Assembly: GCA_017559955.1 (NCBI GenBank)
Contig: JAFYPQ010000048.1
Span: 6,450-70,449 of the forward strand
Direction of reading: 5' to 3'
Source of the DNA: Bacteroidales bacterium
GTDB lineage: Bacteria > Bacteroidota > Bacteroidia > Bacteroidales > G3-4614
Length of the DNA: 64,000 nt
Shown: piece by piece, positions 9,064-19,130 of the stretch
Numbering within the stretch: position 1 is the stretch's first letter
Layout of the letters: every line of letters begins with the position of its first letter
The notes under the pieces: generated by a model
Database searches by the model: none
Told to the model about the DNA's origin: nothing
Seen by the model: the letters and a program-made list of their open reading frames with translations, nothing else
Made by a program: the position numbers and the translations under genes

Positions 9064-11876
9064 AATTCTGTATCATTATCAGAGGCAACCGCATCATCAG
9101 CCATTGCACTCTCCCAAAATTTAAAATAACTTTCAAAGGTATTTCCTTGCATAAGCACATTGTAATTATCGGTACTTATCATTACAATTTTTACCTCTTC
9201 CGGTAAATCTATTCCATTAACCGACTCTATTTTTCTACGATAAAGCGTCAACTCTCGTAAATTATCAAATCCACTAATTCGTAACATTCCCACACCGCCG
9301 GTTGAGGTTATAGACAGGTCGAAATCTTTTATGTAGAAGTTTGTAAAATTATATCGTGCAACCAAAAACAATATTTGGTTTGCATCAATGCTGTCTGATG
9401 GAAATACCAATAACATCTCGTGCGGTGCATCTTTATCCCAAACAAATGGGGGAATCTCTTGCTGAGAAGCTAATGTATCGCTAAGGCTTTCACCTGTTCC
9501 AATCTTTATTTTGAAGATATCGATATTTCCGGAGCCTGATACAACTTGGCGACCCTCAGCCACTCCTTTTAACATTGCTGTTGCCAATGGGGTTACATCC
9601 TCCTCAGGATAGTTTTGCAGTAACTCTTTAAGAACAACTTTAAAATTATCTATATCTCCATCATTGACATAAGCCAACGCATTTACCAACATAAACTTAG
9701 GCATTAATTTAGATAGTGGATATTTCTCAACAAAAGTTTCATATTGTGTATGAACATCACTATTTAAACCTGCCGTAAATATCTCATATACTTGTCGATA
9801 TAACGAATCTTGCTCTATCTCCATAAGCTTTACATTCTCCAAATAGTTGGGATCTGCCATTGCTTGAGCATATTTACTTTCGGGGTATTCAACCAATATT
9901 TTTTGACGATACGACTCAGCTTCAATCTTATCATCATTAATCATATTCATCAAATAGATATTATAATATGTATCCAACATATAGCTATTTTCAGGGTATT
10001 GGGTCATTAATCTGTCAAATACACTCATTGCCGCTTCATAATCCTCCAAATCGTTTTTGAGGATTACTCCCATATTGTATAAACCATCCATAATAAGGTC
10101 GTCCGAGAGAGCTATCTCTTCGGGCGTACGAGGCAACTGTTGTAAATAATATTTAGGATCTTTAGTGTCCGTTACCGGAACATTTAATGAATCGGCAATA
10201 GCTTCAGCTTGTGCCAACGAATCGGCAATAGCTTCAGCATCCTCTTCTGCTCCATAATCATACTCTTCAAAATCAGACATAGAAAATGCGGCCTTGTTTA
10301 TACGCCTCCAATTATCCTCTAATTTACGTTTTCCCCACTTACGCTGAAATTCGGTTTTTCCTGTGGCTATTGTGGCTTTATTATAAAAATACCAACTCGA
10401 ACTTTTACCTCCTATCTGCATGGCCGGACCTGTAGGTGCCTGAGCACCGCCCATAGTCGATTGTCCAAATGCAGAGTTCATTGCCGACTGATTTGCCAAA
10501 TGCTCTTGTCGAGCAGTCTCCTCTGCCAATAATCGTTCTTGTTCCTTTACCTCTTCAATTTTCTCATTGATAAGTTTCATTATCTCCTCCTCGGGCAACG
10601 AAGCTACATATCTGAGACTATCTTGCAACTCTATTGTTGATGAGTGAACCACCAAATCATCTAAAACCTCAGAGCGTTTTAATAAGATATCATAATTTGG
10701 ATAATCCTCTCCTACTAATGGAACCCCTTCGGCATAACAGGGCTGGGCTTTTGTATATTTGCGTTGAGCGAAATAGATATTTCCTAATGTAATTTGATTT
10801 ATCGCCTTTTCTATTCCGTTTCGTGTACTCTCAGCATTGGCTTTTATATAATAATCGACAGCTTTCAATGTATCTCCCGCAGACAAATGAATATTTCCGA
10901 TTGCATAATATATTTGATCGAGATATTCATTGTTTCGAGAAGCTTTTGCCATTTTCTTTAACCCTTTTATAACTTTTGAGGTATCTCTATCGGTCATTAC
11001 CTCTGTCTGCTTAATTCGTGCATTGAATTCGGTTCTATATACAGGGTTTAAAGATATTACTTTTGAGTAGGTATCATATGCCGATTGGTTCTGCTCCAAT
11101 TTTTGATATAGCTGAGCCAATAGAAATGTTTGGCGTATCTCCTGAAATTTATCTTTTTGTGAATCGATAGAGACCTTCAAATAAGGTATTGCCTCTTCAT
11201 ACTCTCCCTTATTTATATGGTATTGTGCTGTTACCATAGATAGTTCTCCTTGCAATTTTTTAGGGATACTGTCGAGCGATATTTTATGTTTCACATCTTC
11301 CGCTTCATACATCCACCCCAACTCGGTATAACAACGCATAAGCCATATTTTTGCCTCTTTCACTAAATCGGGCAACCACGTAAAATGCTGTGTTATATAG
11401 TTAAATGTCGATGCCGCCTCTAAAAATTCGCCTGAATAGAATTGTGATTTTCCAACTAAAAACCAAGCATTATGAATATAAGGATTAAACTCCTCTCTAT
11501 TTAAAAACGCCTTATATTTAGGATCTGACGTTTTTTTTGGATCACGTTTTGGCTTCTTTTTTATAGAGTGTAATTGTATGGCCTTTTTGCCTTTATCTAT
11601 TGAACGTTTAAAATCGCCCGAAGGTTTTTGTTCTTTTTCGTTTGAATAGGCACTTACCGGGTGAATGTGAACAAGCGAAGTATAATCGTCTTGAAAATCT
11701 TTTTGCATATTCTTCAAAGACTCTTTATAGCTTTCGTTTCCATTGAAATAGACATTAAATCGTGTAGTTAAGCCATGATAAAAACGTGTCGCTTTTGTAT
11801 TCTTTTTTGTAGAACACGCCGACACCAATATTACCATGGTCAAAATCAATACTATTTTCAGCCTACTAATGTTCAA
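9060..11876 (-). CDS. porW: TPR lipoprotein, probable T9SS component PorW/SprE
   Basis: 938 aa. Lipobox LVSAC|STKK followed by RFYHGLTTRFNVYFNG, as I recall for the SprE/PorW N-terminus, then multiple TPR-like repeats. It overlaps porX by 4 nt. Confidence 0.65.
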   Translation of the reverse strand: MNISRLKIVLILTMVILVSACSTKKNTKATRFYHGLTTRFNVYFNGNESYKESLKNMQKDFQDDYTSLVHIHPVSAYSNEKEQKPSGDFKRSIDKGKKAIQLHSIKKKPKRDPKKTSDPKYKAFLNREEFNPYIHNAWFLVGKSQFYSGEFLEAASTFNYITQHFTWLPDLVKEAKIWLMRCYTELGWMYEAEDVKHKISLDSIPKKLQGELSMVTAQYHINKGEYEEAIPYLKVSIDSQKDKFQEIRQTFLLAQLYQKLEQNQSAYDTYSKVISLNPVYRTEFNARIKQTEVMTDRDTSKVIKGLKKMAKASRNNEYLDQIYYAIGNIHLSAGDTLKAVDYYIKANAESTRNGIEKAINQITLGNIYFAQRKYTKAQPCYAEGVPLVGEDYPNYDILLKRSEVLDDLVVHSSTIELQDSLRYVASLPEEEIMKLINEKIEEVKEQERLLAEETARQEHLANQSAMNSAFGQSTMGGAQAPTGPAMQIGGKSSSWYFYNKATIATGKTEFQRKWGKRKLEDNWRRINKAAFSMSDFEEYDYGAEEDAEAIADSLAQAEAIADSLNVPVTDTKDPKYYLQQLPRTPEEIALSDDLIMDGLYNMGVILKNDLEDYEAAMSVFDRLMTQYPENSYMLDTYYNIYLMNMINDDKIEAESYRQKILVEYPESKYAQAMADPNYLENVKLMEIEQDSLYRQVYEIFTAGLNSDVHTQYETFVEKYPLSKLMPKFMLVNALAYVNDGDIDNFKVVLKELLQNYPEEDVTPLATAMLKGVAEGRQVVSGSGNIDIFKIKIGTGESLSDTLASQQEIPPFVWDKDAPHEMLLVFPSDSIDANQILFLVARYNFTNFYIKDFDLSITSTGGVGMLRISGFDNLRELTLYRRKIESVNGIDLPEEVKIVMISTDNYNVLMQGNTFESYFKFWESAMADDAVASDNDTEL
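10189..10238 (-). repeat. In-frame 30-nt-period direct duplication inside porW
   Basis: The 20-mer gaatcggcaatagcttcagc occurs at 10189-10208 and again at 10219-10238. It encodes the duplicated AEAIADSL in ...EDAEAIADSLAQAEAIADSLNVP... Confidence 0.9.
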
Positions 11877-11951
11877 CTTCCTGTTTTTATATTAGTTACG
11901 GATTTTATCCGCTTTTATTGTATTATATATTCTTTTAAATGTTTCTCTATA

Positions 11952-12767
11952 TTACGACTGATACTTTTTAGACAGCACCATTTTTACTCCTCTTGCCAAT
12001 AGATATATCAAAGCCAATATAAATACTATTGTCGCCCCTGTCGGAAAGTTTATGTATGACGACAAGATTAAACCTGCCAATCCGCCAACCACCGATATAA
12101 ACATTGAAAGGATAACTATTTTATTATAACTCTTATTGAATATCTCGACACTCATTTGTGGCAACGATAGAAACGACAACAAAAGCATTATTCCTATCAA
12201 CTTTACCGTAAGTATTATTGCCAATGAAATTACTATAATTGCCAAATACTCAATAAACCCCACCTTCACTCCTCGCATCATTGCAAAATCTCTGTCAAAT
12301 GCCGTATATAATATCTCTTTACGAAATATTACAGATATTACAACAAGAAAGGTGGCATATATTGCATATAGATATAAATCGTTTTTTGTTACGGTCAATA
12401 TATCACCAAACAAAAAACCTGTAAGTCCGGTGTTATATCCCGGTGTTATGTAAACGAACATTATACCTATAGCCATCCCCAACGTCCAAAATACGGCAAT
12501 GGCAGAATCTTCTCTCACCCTCCCTCCTCTCGATAAAATCTCTATTCCAAAAGCCGAAGCCAAGGCGAAAATCAAAGCTGTCAATGTAGGAGATACCCCC
12601 ATGTACATTCCCAATCCTAATCCGCCAAACGAGGTATGAGTTATTCCTCCTGTTATAAACAACATTCTGCGAGAGACGATATAGGTCCCAACAATTCCTG
12701 CAACCACAGATATAAGAGTTATTGCTATTGCTGCATTTATAAAGAATGAATATTGAACTATCTCCAT
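11952..12767 (-). CDS. Metal (Zn/Mn) ABC transporter permease, ZnuB/TroC family
   Basis: 271 aa, very hydrophobic with about 8 TM helices. The GGITHTSFGGLGLG motif is typical of ABC-3 family permeases. Confidence 0.85.
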   Translation of the reverse strand: MEIVQYSFFINAAIAITLISVVAGIVGTYIVSRRMLFITGGITHTSFGGLGLGMYMGVSPTLTALIFALASAFGIEILSRGGRVREDSAIAVFWTLGMAIGIMFVYITPGYNTGLTGFLFGDILTVTKNDLYLYAIYATFLVVISVIFRKEILYTAFDRDFAMMRGVKVGFIEYLAIIVISLAIILTVKLIGIMLLLSFLSLPQMSVEIFNKSYNKIVILSMFISVVGGLAGLILSSYINFPTGATIVFILALIYLLARGVKMVLSKKYQS

Positions 12768-12770
12768 CTG

Positions 12771-13184
12771 CTATTTTTTAATGCGTCGTTCGGAGACAAC
12801 CAATAATACTTCATCTCTAATCTGCTCGGGCAACTCAATATTTCGCAAACACAAACTCCGAACCCAACCGGCAACCTCCTCACTGCGAAGTGTATAAAAC
12901 ACCTCTTCAAATGCAACAACTGCCTCCTTATCATACTCTTCGCATGGCACGCCTATATATGCATCCAATTCGTAATCGTTGTAATACTCAACATCCTTGC
13001 TAACAGCTGTTAGCAGAGAGTCTTTTTCGCACGTTTCGTGCATTCCGCAACATTCTGCATCGGCTTTTGCAGCTTTAATCTCCTCCTCTTTGGTTTGACG
13101 ACCGATATTAGTATAACGAGACAACAGAGCTGCTATGACTCCGACTAATACTGTTGCTATAACTATTATCCAAATCGCATTCAT
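12771..13184 (-). CDS. Hypothetical membrane-anchored protein with a Cys/His cluster
   Basis: 137 aa. One N-terminal TM helix, then AECCGMHETCEKD and an acidic soluble domain. It overlaps aroA by 4 nt and ends 3 nt before the ABC permease gene. Confidence 0.5.
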   Translation of the reverse strand: MNAIWIIVIATVLVGVIAALLSRYTNIGRQTKEEEIKAAKADAECCGMHETCEKDSLLTAVSKDVEYYNDYELDAYIGVPCEEYDKEAVVAFEEVFYTLRSEEVAGWVRSLCLRNIELPEQIRDEVLLVVSERRIKK

Positions 13185-14401
13185 TCCTCTATAACAAATC
13201 CTGCTTTTAATAAATCATTCCAAAATGTTGGATATGATTTTGTTACCACTTCTGACGATTTAATCATTATTTGAGGATAGAAGAATGATGCTATGGCAAA
13301 AGACATCGCCATACGATGGTCGTCGTATGTATCTATCTCTACTTCATCGTCCCTATCACATCTCTCTCCATTCCAAACAATAGTACCAGGGATTGAATCA
13401 TCTAAGAGAATGCCCAATTTTTTCATCTCTTTTACCAAAGCCGATATTCTGTCTGTCTCCTTTATCCTCAATGATTGCAATCCTGTCATCTTAAATGGCA
13501 TCCCTTTTAACGCCGCAACAACAACCAACGTTTGTGCCAAATCGGGAGTATCGGTAAGATCGACCTCATACAACTTGTTCACAAAATTGCATTTTCTTAA
13601 TCTCACACAGCCATCATTATACTCTGTCGCTACACCCAAGGGAGTAAAAAGAGATGCTACTTTTGAATCACCTTGAATAGAATTATTATCCAATCCTGCC
13701 AAAATAATATCGGCATCGTTTGCCAACGACACAAATCCATACCAATACGATGCGGCCGACCAATCCGGTTCGACCTTGTACGACAAAGGATTATAACGAC
13801 CGACAGGTACCGTTATTTCGTTTCCATCCATTTGTGGCTCGGCTCCAAAAAGAGACATAAGCGACATCGTCATTTTTATATATGGCAACGATATTATATT
13901 ACCTGTCAAGGTTAACTTTAGCCCATATCGAGTATATGGAGCTATCATTAAAAGGGCTGATATATATTGAGAACTGACACTTCCCGACAACTCTATCGCC
14001 CCCCCTTGTAACTCTTTTCCTCGTATCTTTAATGGCAAAAAGCCCTCTTTTTCTATATATTCAATATCTGCACCTATAGCACGCAACGCATCTACCAATA
14101 TTTTTATGGGACGTTGTTTCATCCTCTCCGACCCCGTTAGCTGATACTCTCCTTGTTGCATTGAGAGGTATGCCAACGAAAAGCGTGTTGCTGTTCCTGC
14201 CGCTCCTGTATTAACCTTACCAGATGTTGAAGATAGGGCAGAACGCATCATCTCCGAGTCATCGCATACTGCTATATTTTCGGGCATTATTTTGCTTTTC
14301 GATAATTTATTTAACAACAACACCCTATTACTTATACTTTTAGAATATGGTAGTCGTATTTCTCCATGCACTTTTGGCGGTGCTGTAACTTTTATATTCA
14401 T
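13181..14401 (-). CDS. aroA: 3-phosphoshikimate 1-carboxyvinyltransferase (EPSP synthase)
   Basis: 406 aa. LPYSKSISNRVLLL (KS.SNR), GAAGTATRF and DDHRMAMSFAI motifs. Confidence 0.95.
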   Translation of the reverse strand: MNIKVTAPPKVHGEIRLPYSKSISNRVLLLNKLSKSKIMPENIAVCDDSEMMRSALSSTSGKVNTGAAGTATRFSLAYLSMQQGEYQLTGSERMKQRPIKILVDALRAIGADIEYIEKEGFLPLKIRGKELQGGAIELSGSVSSQYISALLMIAPYTRYGLKLTLTGNIISLPYIKMTMSLMSLFGAEPQMDGNEITVPVGRYNPLSYKVEPDWSAASYWYGFVSLANDADIILAGLDNNSIQGDSKVASLFTPLGVATEYNDGCVRLRKCNFVNKLYEVDLTDTPDLAQTLVVVAALKGMPFKMTGLQSLRIKETDRISALVKEMKKLGILLDDSIPGTIVWNGERCDRDDEVEIDTYDDHRMAMSFAIASFFYPQIMIKSSEVVTKSYPTFWNDLLKAGFVIEE

Positions 14402-14409
14402 ATTATGTT

Positions 14410-15495
14410 TTATTCCGACAATACTTTTTGTCCTATCTCTTTTATTGCTCCTGTAGTAGGATGCAATACCATATAGGTTTGCATTTTCTTATCAACAAAC
14501 AACTTTGGTGCCAATCCAAATTTTACTCCAAATTGTGTCAATTCCACTTTTTTGTTAAATAAAAGCTCCCCTTGATATGTTAAAGACAATTGGGCCTCAC
14601 CCGGGATATTGTATATTATTGAATTTTCGGGAAGAACAAACAAATTCCCTTTCGAATCTAATGGATATGATGCTCGTACAACATTATCCAATGATATATA
14701 TATAGGCTCTCCACTTAGGTTATTGCTATCTACTATCCCATCTTTTTCTGAAACTCTCGCCACAACAACATCCTCACATTCTCCATCAGGTATCCATCTA
14801 AGTTTTACAATCTTACGCTGCGTTTGTTTTGTTCCGGAGAACATTACGGTCAATCTATTCTCTTGCTCTTCTAATTGTTGTAACATTATTTTTAGAGCCT
14901 CGCCATCAAATTGTTGATCCGAATCTCCCGTTATTATATCGGTTCGACTCTCTCTTATTCTATATATCTGCTTTGCTACCAACTCTGCCATTCTTATATT
15001 AGAGCCCGAAAGTAACATCTCCTCGGTTAAAGCATAAGAATAGCTGTTATCGTCAAGAGGAGAGGCCGTCATCTTAAACTCCGGCACCTCTTCAATCTCA
15101 CTCTCCAATACCGGTTCGGCATTTACAGCCAACAAAACCCCCTCTTCATTTTTATATATGTAGGGTGTTGCTCCGCTCTTTAACTGAACATTATAATAAA
15201 CATCATTATCGGGAATACTTGAAACTTTGGCCGACACAGAGACCAAACTCCAACTCTTTGAATCGTCCGTTACTTGAGCCGGTATTCCTAAATATTTTTG
15301 AGAATAATTTGCATACGGTCCAGCCTTCAATTGCGTAAGTTCAAGTTCAACTTCTATATCTATTACGGTTTTTGGCAATATATATGAAACTGAATAGTCG
15401 TTAAACTTCGCAGCTACCTGCTTCCCACTCTCTGCGGCATATGTAGCTACTGATAGCATAATTAAAACTACTGCTACTATTTTTTTCATAATCAT
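14410..15495 (-). CDS. Secreted hypothetical protein (possibly DUF4831 family)
   Basis: 361 aa with a signal peptide (LSVATYA|AESG) and no catalytic motif that I recognise. The family assignment is from memory only. Confidence 0.4.
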   Translation of the reverse strand: MIMKKIVAVVLIMLSVATYAAESGKQVAAKFNDYSVSYILPKTVIDIEVELELTQLKAGPYANYSQKYLGIPAQVTDDSKSWSLVSVSAKVSSIPDNDVYYNVQLKSGATPYIYKNEEGVLLAVNAEPVLESEIEEVPEFKMTASPLDDNSYSYALTEEMLLSGSNIRMAELVAKQIYRIRESRTDIITGDSDQQFDGEALKIMLQQLEEQENRLTVMFSGTKQTQRKIVKLRWIPDGECEDVVVARVSEKDGIVDSNNLSGEPIYISLDNVVRASYPLDSKGNLFVLPENSIIYNIPGEAQLSLTYQGELLFNKKVELTQFGVKFGLAPKLFVDKKMQTYMVLHPTTGAIKEIGQKVLSE

Positions 15496-17012
15496 TTCAT
15501 ATTATAGGTGTGTAATTTTTTAAATGCTCGCCCTAAGTTTTTTATTATATCGGTTGCCAATAAAGACTCCTGCGACTCCTCTTCCAATGCCATATCTGCT
15601 GCCAAACCATGTAGGTAAACCCCTATTACGGCAGCATCGGATGGTGCATAACTTTGAGCTATTAGAGAAGATATTATTCCGGTAAGTACATCTCCGCTGC
15701 CTGCAGTTGCCATTCCCGGATTTCCTGTACTATTAAAACATATATCTCCTGTCGGTTTAATTACTGCGGTGTTAGCTCCTTTTAAAACAATTGTTATCTC
15801 TTTTTCCACCGCAATCTGTTTAGCCTTTAAGAGACGTTGATACATTGTTTCGTTAGGTCCGAACAATCTGTCAAATTCATATTTATGGGGTGTTATCACC
15901 GAATACTTTGGAACTTTTGCAAAAAGACCTTTTGTCTCTGCTATTAAATTAAGAGCATCTGCATCTATAACCAATGGCACATTGGCTTTGTTTAATAGAT
16001 ATGTTAAAGCCTCTAACGTATCTCTATGTTTTCCCAATCCCGGACCTACTGCCACTACATTATGCCATTTTGATAGAGAGCAATTGGTTACCCTGTTCAT
16101 ATTCGAATCGCCTATAAACATGGCCTCCGGAACCGATGTCTGAATTATCTCTTCTCCGCATGCGGCAGAGTGGACGCTAACCAATCCCGCTCCTGTTCTT
16201 AATGCAGCTCTCGAAGCCATTACCGCAGCCCCCATCATTCCTGCACTTCCCGCCACCAATAAAAGATGTCCGTATTGACGTTTATCGGCATATTTATTTC
16301 TGCGTTTCAATAAAGGAGCAATATCGTCAGCCTCTACGTAATATAGAGGAGTCTCTTTTTCTGCAATTATTTCGGGAGATATTCCAATATCAGCAATTCG
16401 CCACTCTCCTACATACTCAACATTCTCCTCTAACATAAATGCAAGTTTGGGATATTGGAATGAAACTGTTATGTCTGCTTTTATAATACCACGTTTGTCA
16501 TTCTTTGAGTTATCCTCAGCAAACAACCCCGAGGGCATATCGATAGACAACACCGAAGCATCCGACTCATTTATATATTGAGCCAAAGATACATATCCGC
16601 CTGTTAAAGGACGGTTCAATCCAACACCAAACAATCCATCGACAACCAATACCCCTTTTGTAAGTTCTGGGGGTATAAATGTAAGCACAACCTCCTCGGC
16701 TTTCACAGATGTTTCGCTTAATAACTCAAAGTTCTTTTGTGCAAGCGGAGAAGCACTGCGAGTCGGGTTAAAGAAATAGACCGATACGGCATATCCCTCG
16801 TCAGACAACATTCGAGCCACAGCCATAGCATCGCCACCGTTATTGCCCGGCCCGGCAAATACTACAACCGGGGTATTGCGTCTCCAACGAGAAATAATTT
16901 CGTACGTTACTGCCGAGGCAGCTCGTTCCATAAGTTCATAAAAGCTTACAGACTCCTTTATAACAGTATATTCGTCTAACTCTTTATTATCTTTTGCACT
17001 GAATATCTTCAT
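15492..17012 (-). CDS. nnr: Bifunctional NAD(P)H-hydrate repair enzyme Nnr (epimerase plus ADP-dependent dehydratase)
   Basis: 506 aa. YjeF_N motif GPGNNGGDA and a C-terminal carbohydrate-kinase domain with GPGLG and AGSGDVLTG. Confidence 0.9.
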   Translation of the reverse strand: MKIFSAKDNKELDEYTVIKESVSFYELMERAASAVTYEIISRWRRNTPVVVFAGPGNNGGDAMAVARMLSDEGYAVSVYFFNPTRSASPLAQKNFELLSETSVKAEEVVLTFIPPELTKGVLVVDGLFGVGLNRPLTGGYVSLAQYINESDASVLSIDMPSGLFAEDNSKNDKRGIIKADITVSFQYPKLAFMLEENVEYVGEWRIADIGISPEIIAEKETPLYYVEADDIAPLLKRRNKYADKRQYGHLLLVAGSAGMMGAAVMASRAALRTGAGLVSVHSAACGEEIIQTSVPEAMFIGDSNMNRVTNCSLSKWHNVVAVGPGLGKHRDTLEALTYLLNKANVPLVIDADALNLIAETKGLFAKVPKYSVITPHKYEFDRLFGPNETMYQRLLKAKQIAVEKEITIVLKGANTAVIKPTGDICFNSTGNPGMATAGSGDVLTGIISSLIAQSYAPSDAAVIGVYLHGLAADMALEEESQESLLATDIIKNLGRAFKKLHTYNMK

Positions 17013-17179
17013 GTTACATTTTTATAAAAACAACAATTCGGCAGGTGTAAAGATAATTTTTTTTTATCACTATTAAAAATAAATTGATGTTAAATAAATT
17101 TGGCTGTATCATATCATTAATGTATCTTCGCAAATAGATTGCGGTAGTTTGCGTTTAATACTTTAATACTACCTCTTTT

Positions 17180-17187
17180 TAAGTTTG
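17180..17187 (+). promoter_or_regulatory. Putative Bacteroidota -7 promoter box (TAnnTTTG) for adk-obg
   Basis: taagtttg lies 57 nt upstream of the adk ATG in the divergent nnr/adk intergenic region. Confidence 0.35.
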
Positions 17188-17243
17188 ATTTTACAATTCA
17201 AGAATGGTTTAAATTCAGAAAATCTTAAAAAAACTATAATAAA

Positions 17244-17825
17244 ATGGACAAAATGCTTAACATCGTTATCTTTGGTGCTCCGGGTTCGGGCAAAGGTACA
17301 CAAAGCGAGAATTTAATTGAAAAGTATGGTCTTGCTCATATCTCAACCGGTGAAGTTTTAAGAGCAGAAATTAAAGCCGGAACAGAACTTGGCAAGGTTG
17401 CAGATAGTTTTATTTCGAAGGGTCAATTACTGCCCGATGAGTTAATCATCGACATTTTGGCTGATACTCTCGACAAAAAAGAGAAAACAAAAGGTGTTAT
17501 ATTTGACGGCTTCCCACGCACCATACCTCAAGCTGAGGCATTAAAAAAGATGTTGGCTGAACGAGATATGGAGATTTCGATTGTTATAGGTTTGGAAGTT
17601 GCAGAAGAGGAACTTATCGACCGTCTTTTAAAACGAGGACAAGCAAGCGGCAGAAGCGACGACAATATTGATACAATCAAAAGCCGCTTAGAGGTTTACA
17701 ACAACCAAACAAATCCTTTGAAAGAATTTTATATTAACGAAAAGCTATATGCAGGCATTAAAGGCGAAGGCTCAATAGAGGGCATCTTCGCTGATATCAA
17801 AAAAGCCATTGCATTACTTGACTAA
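17244..17825 (+). CDS. adk: Adenylate kinase
   Basis: 193 aa. GAPGSGKGTQ P-loop, ISTGEVLR and FDGFPRT motifs. Confidence 0.97.
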   Translation: MDKMLNIVIFGAPGSGKGTQSENLIEKYGLAHISTGEVLRAEIKAGTELGKVADSFISKGQLLPDELIIDILADTLDKKEKTKGVIFDGFPRTIPQAEALKKMLAERDMEISIVIGLEVAEEELIDRLLKRGQASGRSDDNIDTIKSRLEVYNNQTNPLKEFYINEKLYAGIKGEGSIEGIFADIKKAIALLD

Positions 17826-17844
17826 TTAGAGACATAGAGGAGAT

Positions 17845-18990
17845 ATGGCGGAATCGAATTTTGTAGATTACGTTAAAATATATTGCCGTTCGGGGCGTGG
17901 AGGAGCAGGCTCAACTCACCTTCGTAGAGAGAAGTTTGTAGCCAAAGGCGGACCCGACGGCGGAGACGGAGGTCGTGGCGGACACATAATTTTACGTGCT
18001 AACCGCAACTACTGGACTTTACTTCACCTGAAATACTCTCGACACGTTTTTGCCGGCAACGGTGAAAGCGGGAGCAAAGCTCGTAGCTTTGGAAAAGACG
18101 GAGAGGATAAAGTAATTGAGGTACCTTGCGGAACAGTTGTATTTGATGCAGATACAGGCAAATATATTTGCGAGGTTACAGACGACGGAGAAGAGAAGAT
18201 ATTACTTAAAGGAGGACGAGGAGGTTTAGGAAACTGGCATTTTAGAACCGCCACAAACCAAACTCCACGTTTTGCTCAACCCGGAGAGGATACCCAAGAG
18301 TGTACAATTATTCTTGAACTTAAACTTTTAGCTGACGTTGGTTTGGTAGGCTTTCCCAATGCAGGGAAATCAACACTATTGAGTGCAGTATCGGCTGCAA
18401 AGCCAAAAATAGCAGACTACCCATTTACTACTCTTGAACCAAACTTGGGAATTGTATCTTGCAGCGACAGCCGCTCGTTCATTATGGCAGACATCCCTGG
18501 TATTATCGAGGGAGCAGGAGAAGGCAAAGGATTGGGATTGAGATTCTTGCGACACATAGAACGCAACTCTCTTTTACTATTTATGATTCCTGCCGATGCC
18601 AAAGACATTGCCAAAGAGTACGAAATTTTGCTTAATGAGTTGGAGACATTCAATCCCGAACTTTTAGACAAGGGAAGAGTTATTGCTGTAACAAAATGCG
18701 ATATGCTTGACGAAGAACTTATGGATGCAATCAAAGCAGAGTTACCTAAAGATGTTCCTTCTGTAATGATTTCGTCGGTTACAGGATTTGGTGTTACCGA
18801 ACTTAAAAACCTTCTATGGGATATTTTAAATAGCGAAGAGAACAAGATTACAACCATAACCCACCGCAACCTTGATGTTAACCGCAAACGCAACGAAGAA
18901 GACGATTTTGATTTGGAACTCGACCAATTCGAGAGCGATGATGAAGAAGAGGTTGACGGGTTCTACTACGAAGAGGATTGGGATGAGTAG
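17845..18990 (+). CDS. obg: GTPase Obg/CgtA
   Basis: 381 aa. Gly-rich Obg fold ([30 protein letters not shown]) and G domain ([17 protein letters not shown]), with a long acidic C-terminal tail. Confidence 0.97.
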   Translation: MAESNFVDYVKIYCRSGRGGAGSTHLRREKFVAKGGPDGGDGGRGGHIILRANRNYWTLLHLKYSRHVFAGNGESGSKARSFGKDGEDKVIEVPCGTVVFDADTGKYICEVTDDGEEKILLKGGRGGLGNWHFRTATNQTPRFAQPGEDTQECTIILELKLLADVGLVGFPNAGKSTLLSAVSAAKPKIADYPFTTLEPNLGIVSCSDSRSFIMADIPGIIEGAGEGKGLGLRFLRHIERNSLLLFMIPADAKDIAKEYEILLNELETFNPELLDKGRVIAVTKCDMLDEELMDAIKAELPKDVPSVMISSVTGFGVTELKNLLWDILNSEENKITTITHRNLDVNRKRNEEDDFDLELDQFESDDEEEVDGFYYEEDWDE

Positions 18991-19060
18991 TTGATAGTTG
19001 TTAGTTATCAGTTGTTAGACATATTAGACTAATTGGACCAATTAGATATATAAGATAAAC

Positions 19061-19093
19061 GGAGTTGCACACTTGAAGTGCAACTCCGTTTTT
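19061..19093 (+). terminator. Rho-independent terminator downstream of obg
   Basis: Perfect 10-bp stem ggagttgcac / gtgcaactcc with a 7-nt loop, followed by gttttt. It lies between convergent obg and the 740-aa gene. Confidence 0.8.
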
Positions 19094-19130
19094 ATAGCAA
19101 GTAGGATTAGCCTAGCGTTTATATCTCTAC

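Noticed and set aside
17057-17065. T9 homopolymer in the nnr/adk intergenic region as a possible phase-variation tract
   Set aside because: It is intergenic in very AT-rich DNA and is not positioned between recognisable -33 and -7 elements. Both flanking genes are housekeeping.
19029-19045. 17-nt perfect palindrome ctaattggaccaattag, and a nearby direct repeat agttgttag x2, in the obg 3' region
   Set aside because: It is short, AT-rich and located in a 3' UTR between a stop codon and a terminator. No second copy was noticed elsewhere in the window, so there is no basis for calling an operator or a repeat family.
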